Shown one piece after another: positions 29,018-37,906 of a stretch of 64,000 nucleotides of DNA. Each line of letters starts with the position of its first letter. Within the stretch, counting starts at the first letter, position 1. The notes beneath the pieces are model-generated. The model made no database searches and was not told the DNA's origin. It was given only the letters and a program-made list of their open reading frames with translations. The position numbers and the translations under genes are program-made. Source of the DNA: a virus (taxonomy: Duplodnaviria; Heunggongvirae; Uroviricota; Caudoviricetes); the IMG/VR virus record IMGVR_UViG_3300028653_000011. One strand, given 5' to 3'.

Positions 29018-30463
29018 ATGACGGACAAATCTAAGGACGACGGCAAGACGGTGATGGCGGAGCAACACGTCGGTGGGGGTGGCCAATGGAGAGAGTGTGC
29101 GACGGACTACAACCTGTCGCGTCACATACTGCCGTTCCTCCAAGATTGTGCGTTCTATGCTAGCATCAGTCGCCACGTCAAGAAGCGCTTCACGCTCGAC
29201 ATTCCGACGGCCGCCGTCACCTTCGATCCCAAGGAAGACGAGATCATCATGTACGTCAACCCCGTCTTCATGGGCGGTGGCGAGTACACCGATCCGCACG
29301 GTAACGATGGCAAGGGTGAGCTCATCAAGCGTGAGAGCCTGACCAACCTGGAGACACGCGGAATACTGGTCCACGAGATGGATCACATCATCTTCGGTCA
29401 CCTGTCGGCACGCCGGCGCCACCCGGATGACAAGCACAACATCGCCACCGACTGTGCCATCAACTCACTGATCGTCACCCACGCCGGCGCGCCGAAGAAC
29501 GCCGAGCCGGGCCAGGTGCTGCGGGCGTTGCCCAAGGAAGGCCTAGTGCCGGGCCAGCGACCCTACATCGATCCGATCAAATTCGCCAAGTTGAAGCCCG
29601 CGCAGCAGGAAGCCACGATGTGGCTGTGTGACCTGATCGAGAAGTTCCCGCCGCTGATGGCGTCGGAGTGGTACTTTCACAAGCTGCTCGAGGAGTGCAA
29701 GAAGCGACCGAATGGTGGCGAAGGCGACGAGTACATGATCGGCACCATGGACAGCCACGACGGTTGGGACGGCGTCCCGGAAGACATGCGGGAGTACGTC
29801 GAGAGCAAGGTCAAGGGCATCGTTGAAAAGGCAGTGCGCCACGCCGACGGGCAGGCCGACGGTTGGGGCAACATTCCGGCCGAGCTGCAGGCCGAGATCA
29901 GGCGGTCGATCAGCAAGATCATCGACTGGCGCGCAGTCCTCCGCCAGTTCATCGGCAGCATCACCCGCGGCGAGCGGTCGACGTCGATCAAGCGCATCAA
30001 CCGGCGCTATCCCTACATCCACCCGGGCGTCAAACGCGGTTACACCGCCAAGCTGTTCGTCGCTCTCGACGAGTCGGGCTCGGTCAGCGATGAGATGCTG
30101 GAGATGTTCTTCGCCGAGCTCGACGGCCTGACCAAGAAGACCAGCATCACCCTGTGTCACTTCGACTGCGACGCGGGTCCCAAGGACCTGTACGAGTGGA
30201 AGAAGGGCACGCGGCCCAAGTTGAAGCGGGTCAAGGGCGGTGGCACCAACTTCGACGCACCGACCAACATTGTCAATGACCCGAAGAATAGGGGGCGTTG
30301 GGACGGCATGATCATCTGCACCGATGGGCAAGCACCCGCGCCGGGCCCGAGCCGCATCAAGCGCGCCTGGGTTTTGGGCCAAGGTTGCAAGCTCAACTTT
30401 TCTACCAGTGAGTTGGTCATCAACTTGACCAAGGAAGAACAGATGAAGGGGGCGTGGAGGTGA
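29018..30463 (+). CDS. metallopeptidase (HExxH) + vWA-domain protein (DUF2201-like)
   Basis: HEMDH, NIATDCAIN, MIDAS DESGS, GGGTNF, CTDG. Confidence 0.9.
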   Translation: MTDKSKDDGKTVMAEQHVGGGGQWRECATDYNLSRHILPFLQDCAFYASISRHVKKRFTLDIPTAAVTFDPKEDEIIMYVNPVFMGGGEYTDPHGNDGKGELIKRESLTNLETRGILVHEMDHIIFGHLSARRRHPDDKHNIATDCAINSLIVTHAGAPKNAEPGQVLRALPKEGLVPGQRPYIDPIKFAKLKPAQQEATMWLCDLIEKFPPLMASEWYFHKLLEECKKRPNGGEGDEYMIGTMDSHDGWDGVPEDMREYVESKVKGIVEKAVRHADGQADGWGNIPAELQAEIRRSISKIIDWRAVLRQFIGSITRGERSTSIKRINRRYPYIHPGVKRGYTAKLFVALDESGSVSDEMLEMFFAELDGLTKKTSITLCHFDCDAGPKDLYEWKKGTRPKLKRVKGGGTNFDAPTNIVNDPKNRGRWDGMIICTDGQAPAPGPSRIKRAWVLGQGCKLNFSTSELVINLTKEEQMKGAWR

Positions 30464-30468
30464 CGGCC

Positions 30469-30717
30469 ATGAAACCCAAGCGTGCAGACATTGTCCCGGG
30501 CGCGGTGCTAAGTGTACGCCCGGGCCATGAATTACAGCTCGATCCACACCTGCTGTTGTCGGGGCGCACGAGGATAATGGCGTCGGGAGGCGTGATCCAC
30601 GTCATTGACAAGCCGCGTCGTGACAAGGACGGCATCAACCTCGTCAAGGTCAAGGTCGGTGCCAGCGGCGAGTACGAGTGCTTCTACTGCGACGTGCTCA
30701 ATCACTGCGAAGTGTGA
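30469..30717 (+). CDS. hypothetical protein
   Basis: GGAGG RBS. Confidence 0.6.
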   Translation: MKPKRADIVPGAVLSVRPGHELQLDPHLLLSGRTRIMASGGVIHVIDKPRRDKDGINLVKVKVGASGEYECFYCDVLNHCEV

Positions 30718-30983
30718 TGAAACCCGGTGACTTGTTCGAGTGGGCGTATAATGTCGATGGTAGTGTTGTCCTTCGTAATGAACACACATGGTCATCGGTG
30801 ATGAAGCAGTGGGTACCCATCGGGGGTATCCACCTGCTGATAGCACTAGCCGATGGGATATTGACGTGGTTGCCCCTCGGTGCACTTGACAAGGGGTTGC
30901 TCCACATGCGAGAGGATGATACGCGTCGGTCCCACGAGAACGCGTTCTTGTCGAAGAAGGTTGCTCCGCGCGCAAGAAGATAA
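30717..30983 (+). CDS. MKPGDLIEW-family protein, copy F, reads through repeat-spacer-repeat
   Basis: LLHMREDD...VAPRARR*. Confidence 0.8.
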   Translation: MKPGDLFEWAYNVDGSVVLRNEHTWSSVMKQWVPIGGIHLLIALADGILTWLPLGALDKGLLHMREDDTRRSHENAFLSKKVAPRARR

Positions 30984-30987
30984 TGCG
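30895..30987 (+). CRISPR. repeat-spacer-repeat unit (35-bp spacer)
   Basis: repeat variants at 30895 and 30959. Confidence 0.6.
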
Positions 30988-31022
30988 CACATGAACACCG
31001 TGATTGAATGAGGTAGAATGTA

Positions 31023-31545
31023 GTGGTGAAGCTGTTTCATAACCCCGTCGGTTTCTACGCTTATCTCATCGTCTACACCTTCATCTTTGCCTTTTTCATC
31101 ACACCCTTCATTTGGGCCGGCTGGAATTATGGCCTCGTCCATGCGTGCCCGATGTTTCATCCCATCAGTTGGTACGCGGCGTACTGGCTGTGCGTGCTGC
31201 TTCACACCGTAAAGCTGACGCCCGAATTTTCATCCACCCATACCACAGGAGTTGACCATGATGCAACCAAGTGACCAGCAACCCACTAAGCTTCAGAAGG
31301 TGATGATGAAGTACCCGCTGTATGTCAGGATAGTCTGGGCCATGATCATCATGTTCGGCGTGGTGGGTCAGCTATTCGCGGGTGGGACGAAGCCCATGCT
31401 CATCCTGATCATGACGGCGCTGGCGTGGACGATGGTCAAGATCATGAATGAGGCCACTGATGCCCTCGACGTCCTGCGTAGGATAAAGAAGGCCGAGCTT
31501 GAAATATCGGGTTCGAAGTCAACGGGTGATGGCCCCTCAGCTTAA
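31023..31545 (+). CDS. two small membrane proteins (31023, 31258)
   Basis: hydrophobic helices. Confidence 0.55.
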
Positions 31546-31597
31546 GTTCGGCAATTGTGTGTACACTGTGCGTTGAACCAGATACTCTAGTATAGAC

Positions 31598-31669
31598 GGT
31601 CCCATCGTCTAGCGACTAGGACGCCACCCTCTCACGGTGAGAACACGGGTTTGAGTCCCGTTGGGATCA
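31598..31669 (+). tRNA. tRNA-Glu(CTC)
   Basis: loop CTCTCAC. Confidence 0.85.
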
Positions 31670-31869
31670 CGAATTCACTCGAAGCGAGATCAGTCATGAT
31701 TATGAACAGATTATCAACAGGGATGACAGGGGAACGGCGCACTAGCGTCGGTTGCCCGACGTCCACGTTGGTACACCTGTTTCCGCTCCGATCGCCGCGT
31801 CCCCTCAGGGGTTGAAAGCGGCAGGGTCGGGCGGAGACAGCCCGACAGAAGAAGTGAAGAAGACCACAT

Positions 31870-31940
31870 CAGGGATTAGCCTAGTGGTGAGGCACTCGCT
31901 CTGGGCGCGAGCAACGCGTGTTCGACTCACGCATTCCTGA
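31870..31940 (+). tRNA. tRNA-Pro(TGG)
   Basis: loop TCTGGGC. Confidence 0.8.
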
Positions 31941-32047
31941 CTGACAGCGATCCTCGAGTTCGTCGCCTCTATTGCCGTGATAACGGACATTGCGACTTGT
32001 GCGGGCACTTTGCCTGACGCCAATCGAGGTGAGAACTGTGAGAATTT

Positions 32048-32119
32048 ATGAGAGTAGTTCAGAGACAGAACGCCGCTTCCACACTGCGGATGTCACGGGT
32101 TTGAGTCCCGTCTCTCATA
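32048..32119 (+). tRNA. tRNA-Val(CAC)
   Basis: loop TCCACAC. Confidence 0.7.
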
Positions 32120-32120
32120 C

Positions 32121-32193
32121 CTGTGCATGGCGAAGGTGGTATCGCACTCCGTTCGGGGCGGAGGGATCGCGGGTTCGACTCCCGCTGCACAGA
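32121..32193 (+). tRNA. tRNA-Pro(CGG)
   Basis: loop TTCGGGG. Confidence 0.85.
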
Positions 32194-32317
32194 CCGCGTT
32201 GTGGCATCTCCAAAAGGTCCCGGTAGAACCCCCGGCGCACGTATTAGGGAGTCGTGGCAGGCGAATTGACGCCAATGACGTTTGAACCTGAATGGTGCTG
32301 TGCAGAACAACGCGATT

Positions 32318-32388
32318 GCCGACGTCGCCCAATGGTGGGCTGCACCTTCGTACGGTGCCCTGTGAGGGTTCGAATCCCTTCGTCGGCT
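32318..32388 (+). tRNA. tRNA-Thr(CGT)
   Basis: loop TTCGTAC. Confidence 0.85.
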
Positions 32389-32437
32389 CGCAAGCGTGTG
32401 GTACCGCATCGGCGAACAGCCGAGCGCTTGCTCCAAT

Positions 32438-32510
32438 CCACCCATGGCGTAGTTGGTATGCGCGCTGGCCTGAAGATCCAGAGGGACAGGTTCGATTCCT
32501 GTTGGGTGGA
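32438..32510 (+). tRNA. tRNA-Phe(GAA)
   Basis: loop CTGAAGA. Confidence 0.8.
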
Positions 32511-32524
32511 CACCTACTTATTCC

Positions 32525-32824
32525 ATGAAGATCCGCTTGTCAGAGCTTCGCCGCCTCATCCGCGAGGCCACTGCAGGTACGCTTGGATGGCCCACCAAAG
32601 ACATCACCCACGTTTACGGCGTGCCCGATCGGTTGGCTGACAAGAACCCGACCGACCTCGGCGACCTCAAATTACCCAAGGGTCCCAACTCACGCGATGA
32701 CGCAGAGGATCGACCGCTGACGGACATGGAGCCCGCTAATAACAAGGGCAAACGGAGTTACGGTGCCCGACGCGGGGTGGCCACCAGCAACAAGTCAAAC
32801 AATAACTCAGGGTCAAGCACCTGA
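32525..32824 (+). CDS. hypothetical protein with 'MKIRLSELRRLIRE' N-terminus
   Basis: TACTTA motif just upstream. Confidence 0.7.
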   Translation: MKIRLSELRRLIREATAGTLGWPTKDITHVYGVPDRLADKNPTDLGDLKLPKGPNSRDDAEDRPLTDMEPANNKGKRSYGARRGVATSNKSNNNSGSST

Positions 32825-32898
32825 CGACGAACGCCAAAGGCTAGCGACGAAGCTGCAACCTTCGTGAATACATGTGGGTTCGACTCCCACCGTCGTCT
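32823..32898 (+). tRNA. tRNA-Cys(GCA)
   Basis: loop CTGCAAC. Confidence 0.8.
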
Positions 32899-32931
32899 CG
32901 AAGTCAAGTAACCATCGGTGCCAAAACACCG

Positions 32932-33006
32932 TGACCCATGGCGGAAGCATACGCGGGCCGACAAAAAGGCTGGCAACGTTGTGGGTGTCAAATCCCACTG
33001 GGTGCA
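32932..33006 (+). pseudogene. degenerate tRNA-Leu(CAA)-like
   Basis: partial cloverleaf; atypical T-loop. Confidence 0.35.
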
Positions 33007-33022
33007 GGTGAACGACGATTTT

Positions 33023-33096
33023 GCTGACGTGGCATTTGAGGAAATGCACCAGTTTGGTATACTGGTCTAAAGTGGGTTCGACTCCCATCGTTAGCT
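33023..33096 (+). tRNA. tRNA-Thr(GGT)
   Basis: loop TTGGTAT. Confidence 0.8.
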
Positions 33097-33097
33097 C

Positions 33098-33178
33098 GAC
33101 CTCGTGGTGTAATGGCAGCCACGGCTCGCTTAAAACGAGCTGCTTTCGGGCGTGAGGGTTCGACTCCCTCCGAGGTTA
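33098..33178 (+). tRNA. tRNA-Leu(TAA)
   Basis: loop CTTAAAA; variable arm. Confidence 0.85.
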
Positions 33179-33191
33179 CGCGTAGTAACTG

Positions 33192-33263
33192 GTGTGCTAG
33201 TGTATTGGTGAGCACACCCGTCTTGTAAGCGGGAAGATTCCGTTCGATTCGGAAGCGAAAGTG
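33192..33263 (+). pseudogene. tRNA-Thr(TGT) with broken acceptor stem
   Basis: D, anticodon (CTTGTAA) and T arms intact. Confidence 0.5.
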
Positions 33264-33275
33264 AAACGCAAATTC

Positions 33276-33350
33276 GCCGACGTCGCCTAATTGGCATGGC
33301 CGCCCATTTGTATTGGGACATAATTGTGGGTTCGACTCCCACCGTCGGCT
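33276..33350 (+). tRNA. tRNA-Thr(TGT)
   Basis: loop TTTGTAT. Confidence 0.8.
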
Positions 33351-33390
33351 CCCCTTGCACATGTGCGATAGCGTAGTGTACAGTGTTGCC

Positions 33391-33549
33391 ATGTGGAAAA
33401 ACAAGCTCAAGATCGCCGCCATCGTCATCGCCGTCGTTGCAGGCATCGTCCTCTACAAGAAGCAGCACGACGACGCTGCCGATCGCAAACGTAGTCGCCA
33501 TGATGACGACGATACTGATGATCAACGTCACCAGCACGACCTCAACTGA
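33391..33549 (+). CDS. small membrane protein
   Basis: TM helix; ATG 36 nt after TTGCAC. Confidence 0.6.
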   Translation: MWKNKLKIAAIVIAVVAGIVLYKKQHDDAADRKRSRHDDDDTDDQRHQHDLN

Positions 33550-33615
33550 GGAACACAGACTTGGGGCTCGCGAGCCCAAGAGGTTCCGCGTTCCCTACAC
33601 AAAACGCGGGCGTGT

Positions 33616-33688
33616 GGTGGGAATGGTGTAGTGGTCTGCACGGTCGGATGTGGCCCGACAAGTGAGGGTTCGATCCCCTTTTCTCACA
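33616..33688 (+). tRNA. tRNA-His(GTG)
   Basis: loop ATGTGGC. Confidence 0.8.
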
Positions 33689-33694
33689 CGTAAC

Positions 33695-33766
33695 GGCCCC
33701 ATCTTCTAGCGGCTAGGATGCCTGATTTTCGCTCAGGTCACGCGAGTTCGAGTCTCGCTGGGGTCA
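33695..33766 (+). tRNA. tRNA-Glu(TTC)
   Basis: loop TTTTCGC. Confidence 0.85.
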
Positions 33767-33769
33767 CGC

Positions 33770-34111
33770 ATGTTAACGCTACTCTTCTACCTGTTCGCCT
33801 CACACGCACTGTTCGACTTTCCCCTGCAAGGCGACGCCGTTGCCCGTGAGAAGAACAGGCACAGCACCACCGAGCTCCAGAAGCACGTGCCCTGGCCGTA
33901 TTGGTTGACTGCACACGCGCTGTGCCATGCCCTCGGTGTCGCCCTGATCACTAACTCGGTAGGTCTTGGGTTGACCGAGCTCGTTGCCCACTGGTGGATC
34001 GACTTTTTCAAGTGTGAGGGCAAGTACTCGATCCACGTCGATCAGGCGCTGCACTTGGGGTGCAAGTTCCTGTGGGCGATGATCGCTGCGTTCTACTTCT
34101 GGCACGTGTGA
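33770..34111 (+). CDS. DUF3307-like membrane protein
   Basis: H..DFPLQ, HALCH, HWWIDFFK, DQALH. Confidence 0.8.
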   Translation: MLTLLFYLFASHALFDFPLQGDAVAREKNRHSTTELQKHVPWPYWLTAHALCHALGVALITNSVGLGLTELVAHWWIDFFKCEGKYSIHVDQALHLGCKFLWAMIAAFYFWHV

Positions 34112-34144
34112 CTTTTGCGCCGCGCCGAGATACTTATGAGACAC

Positions 34145-34225
34145 GCCGTCGTGGAGGAATGGTAGACTCGTCGGTTTGAGAGGCCGATGCTTCATTGCGT
34201 GAGGGTTCGACTCCCTCCGACGGCA
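34145..34225 (+). tRNA. tRNA-Leu(GAG)
   Basis: loop TTGAGAG. Confidence 0.85.
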
Positions 34226-34226
34226 C

Positions 34227-34730
34227 ATGCAAATCAAGTACGGCAACCTACGCATGTTGATCAGTGAAGTCGCTGGTCAGTCAACACTCGATCGGGCAGT
34301 CGCTCTGGCGACCGAGCTGCACAAGGACCAGCGTGACAAGGGCGGTGCGTCATACATCGGTCACCCGCTCCGCGTGATGAGGTCGGTGTTGTCAAAGGGC
34401 TACGACGAGGACGTGGCGATCGCTGCGGTTCTTCACGACACCGTCGAGGACACGCCCCTGACGCTCGACGACGTGCAGCAGGAGTTCGGCCCGCGGCGCG
34501 CCGCCACCGTCGCGCTGTTGAGCAAGCAACCGGGTGAAACTTACGATGCCTTCATTGACCGCATCATCGCCTCGGGTAACCGCGACGCCATGCAGGTGAA
34601 GTTGGCTGACCTCGAAGACAACAGCGATGTCAAGCGCTTGGGCCGCGAGCCCACTGACAGCGACAAGCAACGGTTGACCAAGTACCAGCGTGCCTCGCAG
34701 CGCATCATTGCCGTGTTGGAGGCCAAGTGA
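34227..34730 (+). CDS. HD-domain hydrolase (small alarmone hydrolase/Mesh1-like)
   Basis: H..Q.DK.G..YIGHP, AVLHDTVED, VKLADLEDN. Confidence 0.9.
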   Translation: MQIKYGNLRMLISEVAGQSTLDRAVALATELHKDQRDKGGASYIGHPLRVMRSVLSKGYDEDVAIAAVLHDTVEDTPLTLDDVQQEFGPRRAATVALLSKQPGETYDAFIDRIIASGNRDAMQVKLADLEDNSDVKRLGREPTDSDKQRLTKYQRASQRIIAVLEAK

Positions 34731-35080
34731 ACCAAGAGCTCGAGCAGTACCGTAAGCAGGCGATCGACGATGTCAAGCACAACGCCGCCTTCATCCGCGA
34801 CACTGCCCGTGACGTGTTGATGCGCCCGTGTCGCGCCGTCTACGTCGTGGGGTCCGTCCTCGACAAGGCGATGTTCCGGGAAGACTCTGACATTGACGTG
34901 GCGGTGGTGGTTGACGGCCCGAGCGCTGACACGGGCCTCTCTGAGCCGCTCTCCGAAAAATTGCAGCACGAGATGGTGAGATACCCCATGGGAGACGTTG
35001 GAGTTGTCAATACGCTAGTCTTCGTCAATGAGCTCAAGCTCGTCAGGGGCAAGTCCCTGAAGGTCGCAACAGAAGAGTGA
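34727..35080 (+). CDS. minimal nucleotidyltransferase (Pol-beta/MNT family)
   Basis: YVVGS...DSDIDVAV. Confidence 0.8.
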   Translation: MNQELEQYRKQAIDDVKHNAAFIRDTARDVLMRPCRAVYVVGSVLDKAMFREDSDIDVAVVVDGPSADTGLSEPLSEKLQHEMVRYPMGDVGVVNTLVFVNELKLVRGKSLKVATEE

Positions 35081-35084
35081 AGAC

Positions 35085-35169
35085 GCCGTCGTGGTGAAAT
35101 CAGGCAAACACACCACGTTCAGAACGTGACGCCCGTACAGGCTTGAGGGTTCGACTCCCTCCGACGGCA
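35085..35169 (+). tRNA. tRNA-Leu(CAG)
   Basis: loop TTCAGAA. Confidence 0.85.
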
Positions 35170-35170
35170 C

Positions 35171-35244
35171 GCCCGTGTAGCTCAATGGAATAGAGCGCTG
35201 GTCTTCGAAACCAGATGTTGTCAGTTCGACTCTGACCATGGGTA
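35171..35244 (+). tRNA. tRNA-Arg(TCG)
   Basis: loop CTTCGAA. Confidence 0.85.
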
Positions 35245-35245
35245 C

Positions 35246-35329
35246 GCTCTTGTGGCGAAATGCTAGCACGCGCCTGTCTTAGGAACAGGTGTCCGAAAGG
35301 ACGTGAGGGTTGGACTCCCTCCAAGAGCA
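35246..35329 (+). tRNA. tRNA-Leu(TAG)
   Basis: loop CTTAGGA. Confidence 0.8.
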
Positions 35330-35436
35330 CTCTCGCTTCAGTAACTATGCGTGGGCCTCCCCTAAGGGATGCTGTGACGGTGACAACAACGACCACATGT
35401 CGCACACTGCCTTTCAAGTGAACCTAGCGGGCGCGA

Positions 35437-35507
35437 TGCGGTGAGGCCGATGGAAAGGCAAGCGTTTCATAAGCGCTACGTAGTGGGTTTGAATCCCATC
35501 GCCGCAA
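35437..35507 (+). tRNA. tRNA-Met(CAT)
   Basis: loop TTCATAA. Confidence 0.75.
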
Positions 35508-35547
35508 CGAAGTGCAATGTGATGAGTGTCTGGAGTAGAATGGGAGA

Positions 35548-35856
35548 ATGCAGGACGGCACACAGGACCACGTGGAAGCATTGAAGGCGGGCCAGACGAT
35601 CAGGTTTCGCCCGCGGGGCAACAGCATGCGACCTCGCATCGAGAGCGGCCAGCTGGTCACCGTCGCACCGTGCGCATTGGGTGAGGCACAGGTCGGTGAC
35701 ATCGTCCTGTGTAAGGTCGACGGTAAGCAGTGGCTGCACCTCGTCCACGCGATCGGTGCCGATGGTCGCTACCAAATTGGCAACAATCGCGGCCACATCA
35801 ACGGTTGGGCGACGCCGGACAACGTCTTCGGCATCGTCACGGGAATTGAGGTATGA
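35548..35856 (+). CDS. S24/S26 peptidase-like protein
   Basis: 'GNSMRPRI.SG', 'VGDIVLCKV...LHLV'. Confidence 0.7.
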   Translation: MQDGTQDHVEALKAGQTIRFRPRGNSMRPRIESGQLVTVAPCALGEAQVGDIVLCKVDGKQWLHLVHAIGADGRYQIGNNRGHINGWATPDNVFGIVTGIEV

Positions 35857-35860
35857 AACC

Positions 35861-36337
35861 ATGAAGGACATCGTCATCTACAGCAGGTACGCCATCGAAC
35901 ACGCCGATCCACCCGACGTGCCGCACCTCATCGTGTCGATCAATTGTCCGGGTGAACCGCCCGCCAAGATCCGCACTCACCGTGGCACCTTGGGCCGCGT
36001 CGACCTGTTTTTCTGGGACCTCGACCACCGCCCGGGCGGCGTCATCATTGAACCCACCGGTGTCGAGCTCGATGCCGCCGCGATCCCGGATGAACACTTC
36101 TGCCAGTCGTCAGACGCCAAGAAAGTCATTGACCTCATCGAGGCACACCCGAGTGCAGAACGCATCAATGTTCACTGCACCGCTGGTATCAGTCGGTCGT
36201 CGGCCACGGCTGCGGCCTTGCACAAGATCCTCAATGGCAGCGATGCCGTCATCTTCGACAACCCGCGCTACCGGCCCAACATGCGCGTCTATCGCATGAT
36301 GCTGGACGAGTGGTACGCACGGCACCCGGAGAAGTGA
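35861..36337 (+). CDS. protein tyrosine/dual-specificity phosphatase-like
   Basis: HCTAGISRS (CX5R), RPN. Confidence 0.9.
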   Translation: MKDIVIYSRYAIEHADPPDVPHLIVSINCPGEPPAKIRTHRGTLGRVDLFFWDLDHRPGGVIIEPTGVELDAAAIPDEHFCQSSDAKKVIDLIEAHPSAERINVHCTAGISRSSATAAALHKILNGSDAVIFDNPRYRPNMRVYRMMLDEWYARHPEK

Positions 36338-36339
36338 CG

Positions 36340-36693
36340 ATGGCACGCACTAACCCGCGTGTTGAGCAATTAGAGCGTGAAGTCGCGACTTTACGCAAGA
36401 TGCTGGCCTCTTCGCGAGCAGACACGGGCGACATGCCTTGTGCGGGTTGCGGCGACAATTCGTGCATCGTTCGTCAACCGACGGGCATGGCCACCAACGG
36501 TGGTTGTCGCTGTGAAGCTCGCGAACTCCGGCGTGCATTGATGTGGCACAAGCGCCGCTCCACGTTCCTTGAACAGACAATTAGAGAGCTAATGATCGCG
36601 CTGCGCGAGCTCACCGACCAGATCGAAGCCGCTAAAACACAGTGTACACCGCAAAGTGATGAAACAACGGGCGCTAATGGCCATAGGATTTGA
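36340..36693 (+). CDS. Cys-rich hypothetical protein
   Basis: 'GCGDNSC...GMATNGGCRC'. Confidence 0.65.
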   Translation: MARTNPRVEQLEREVATLRKMLASSRADTGDMPCAGCGDNSCIVRQPTGMATNGGCRCEARELRRALMWHKRRSTFLEQTIRELMIALRELTDQIEAAKTQCTPQSDETTGANGHRI

Positions 36694-36695
36694 CC

Positions 36696-37361
36696 ATGTC
36701 ACCGATGAAAAAACTGTTGACAGTTGTGACCGTCGTTGCCACCCAATTGATCGCCATGGTGCACCCATCGTGGGCCGATCCACGCAAGTCAACGCACCCG
36801 AGGATGCCGACGGTGCGCACGCCGATGACGCGCGTTGAGCTGTTGAGCGCCCTGCGCGACGGCCACGTCAAGGCGTTCGGAGTGCTGCCGTCACGCGAGC
36901 GATTGGCCATGGCATGGGGCCAAGTCGCCTTTGAGAATGGTCACGGCAAGTACACTTACAACCACAACTTGGGCAACGTCGGCACCACGGCGAAGGATCA
37001 ACCCACCTACTACAACCGCGGCGATGGCCACTGGTACCGTCACCATGAAACTTTCGTCGATGGGGCTGCAGCGTACTGGGAGATCGTCAAGCGGTGTGCA
37101 ACCGCTCTGCGTCGGTTCGATGCGGGTGATCCCGTCGATGCAGCCGCCAGCCTGAAGAAGTGCGGTTACTTCGAGGCCGACCTCGCCACCTACACACGCG
37201 GCTTCGTAGCGCTGTACCACTTTGCCAATGACAAAGTCTTCGTGGAGGAACAACGTGAACAGCAACGACAAGAAGAGCTCAATGCAGCCACCAACGACGA
37301 GCTCGTCAAGCTCATGGAGACAGCCTCAAACACCAGAGCGAGTGCCGCCACCTGTCATTGA
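36696..37361 (+). CDS. putative glucosaminidase/lysozyme-fold peptidoglycan hydrolase
   Basis: signal peptide, 'Q..FENG.G....NHNLGN', 'LK..GYF.AD...Y'. Confidence 0.55.
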   Translation: MSPMKKLLTVVTVVATQLIAMVHPSWADPRKSTHPRMPTVRTPMTRVELLSALRDGHVKAFGVLPSRERLAMAWGQVAFENGHGKYTYNHNLGNVGTTAKDQPTYYNRGDGHWYRHHETFVDGAAAYWEIVKRCATALRRFDAGDPVDAAASLKKCGYFEADLATYTRGFVALYHFANDKVFVEEQREQQRQEELNAATNDELVKLMETASNTRASAATCH

Positions 37362-37779
37362 CAGCTTTCGCTTTGAGTTTGGCTTCCTCAGCAACTTTCA
37401 CGAGGCGTCAATTTGGGTCGACGGTGAGCGCTATAAGAGCGCTGAGCACGCTTATCAGGCTGCCAAAGCAAGCGACCCAACGACAAAACGGTTGATTCGA
37501 GAGGCCAAGTCACCTGGCATCGCCAAGAAGTTAGGCCATGCGGTGCAATTGCCCGCCGACTGGGAACAACGAAAGCTGGACGTGATGCGTGACTTGATCA
37601 GGCGCAAGTTTGAGAACCCACTGCTTAGGGCAATGTTGCTGGCGACGGAAGACGCCACGTTGATCGAGGGTAACACGTGGAATGACACTTTCTACGGTGT
37701 GTGCAAGGGGGTGGGTCAGAACTGGCTCGGGCGCATCATCATGGAAGTGCGCGATGAATGTCGACGTGAGAGTGAGTAA
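37342..37779 (+). CDS. NADAR (YbiA-like) family protein
   Basis: FLSNF, SAEHAYQAAK, LIEGNTWNDTFYG, GQNWLGRIIMEVR. Confidence 0.9.
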   Translation: MPPPVIDSFRFEFGFLSNFHEASIWVDGERYKSAEHAYQAAKASDPTTKRLIREAKSPGIAKKLGHAVQLPADWEQRKLDVMRDLIRRKFENPLLRAMLLATEDATLIEGNTWNDTFYGVCKGVGQNWLGRIIMEVRDECRRESE

Positions 37780-37829
37780 CTGACGATGTGCCAACCGGCG
37801 GTTGGTAGTAGGTGAAAGCTCTTACACTT

Positions 37830-37905
37830 CTCCACGTAATTCAGAGGACAGAATGTCGCTCTCCTAAGGCGAACGTCGAGTGTTCGAATCACTCCGTGGA
37901 GACCA
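37830..37905 (+). tRNA. tRNA-Arg(CCT)
   Basis: loop CTCCTAA; CCA end. Confidence 0.85.
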
Positions 37906-37906
37906 T

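Noticed and set aside
29543-30547. Long antisense ORFs (also 12855, 13545, 19153, 23758, 28670)
   Set aside because: Shadow frames of motif-supported + strand genes in GC-rich DNA.
2778-30983. MKPGDLIEW paralogs as DGR template/variable repeats or a shufflon
   Set aside because: No reverse transcriptase or recombinase in the window; differences are not adenine-specific; all repeats are in direct orientation.
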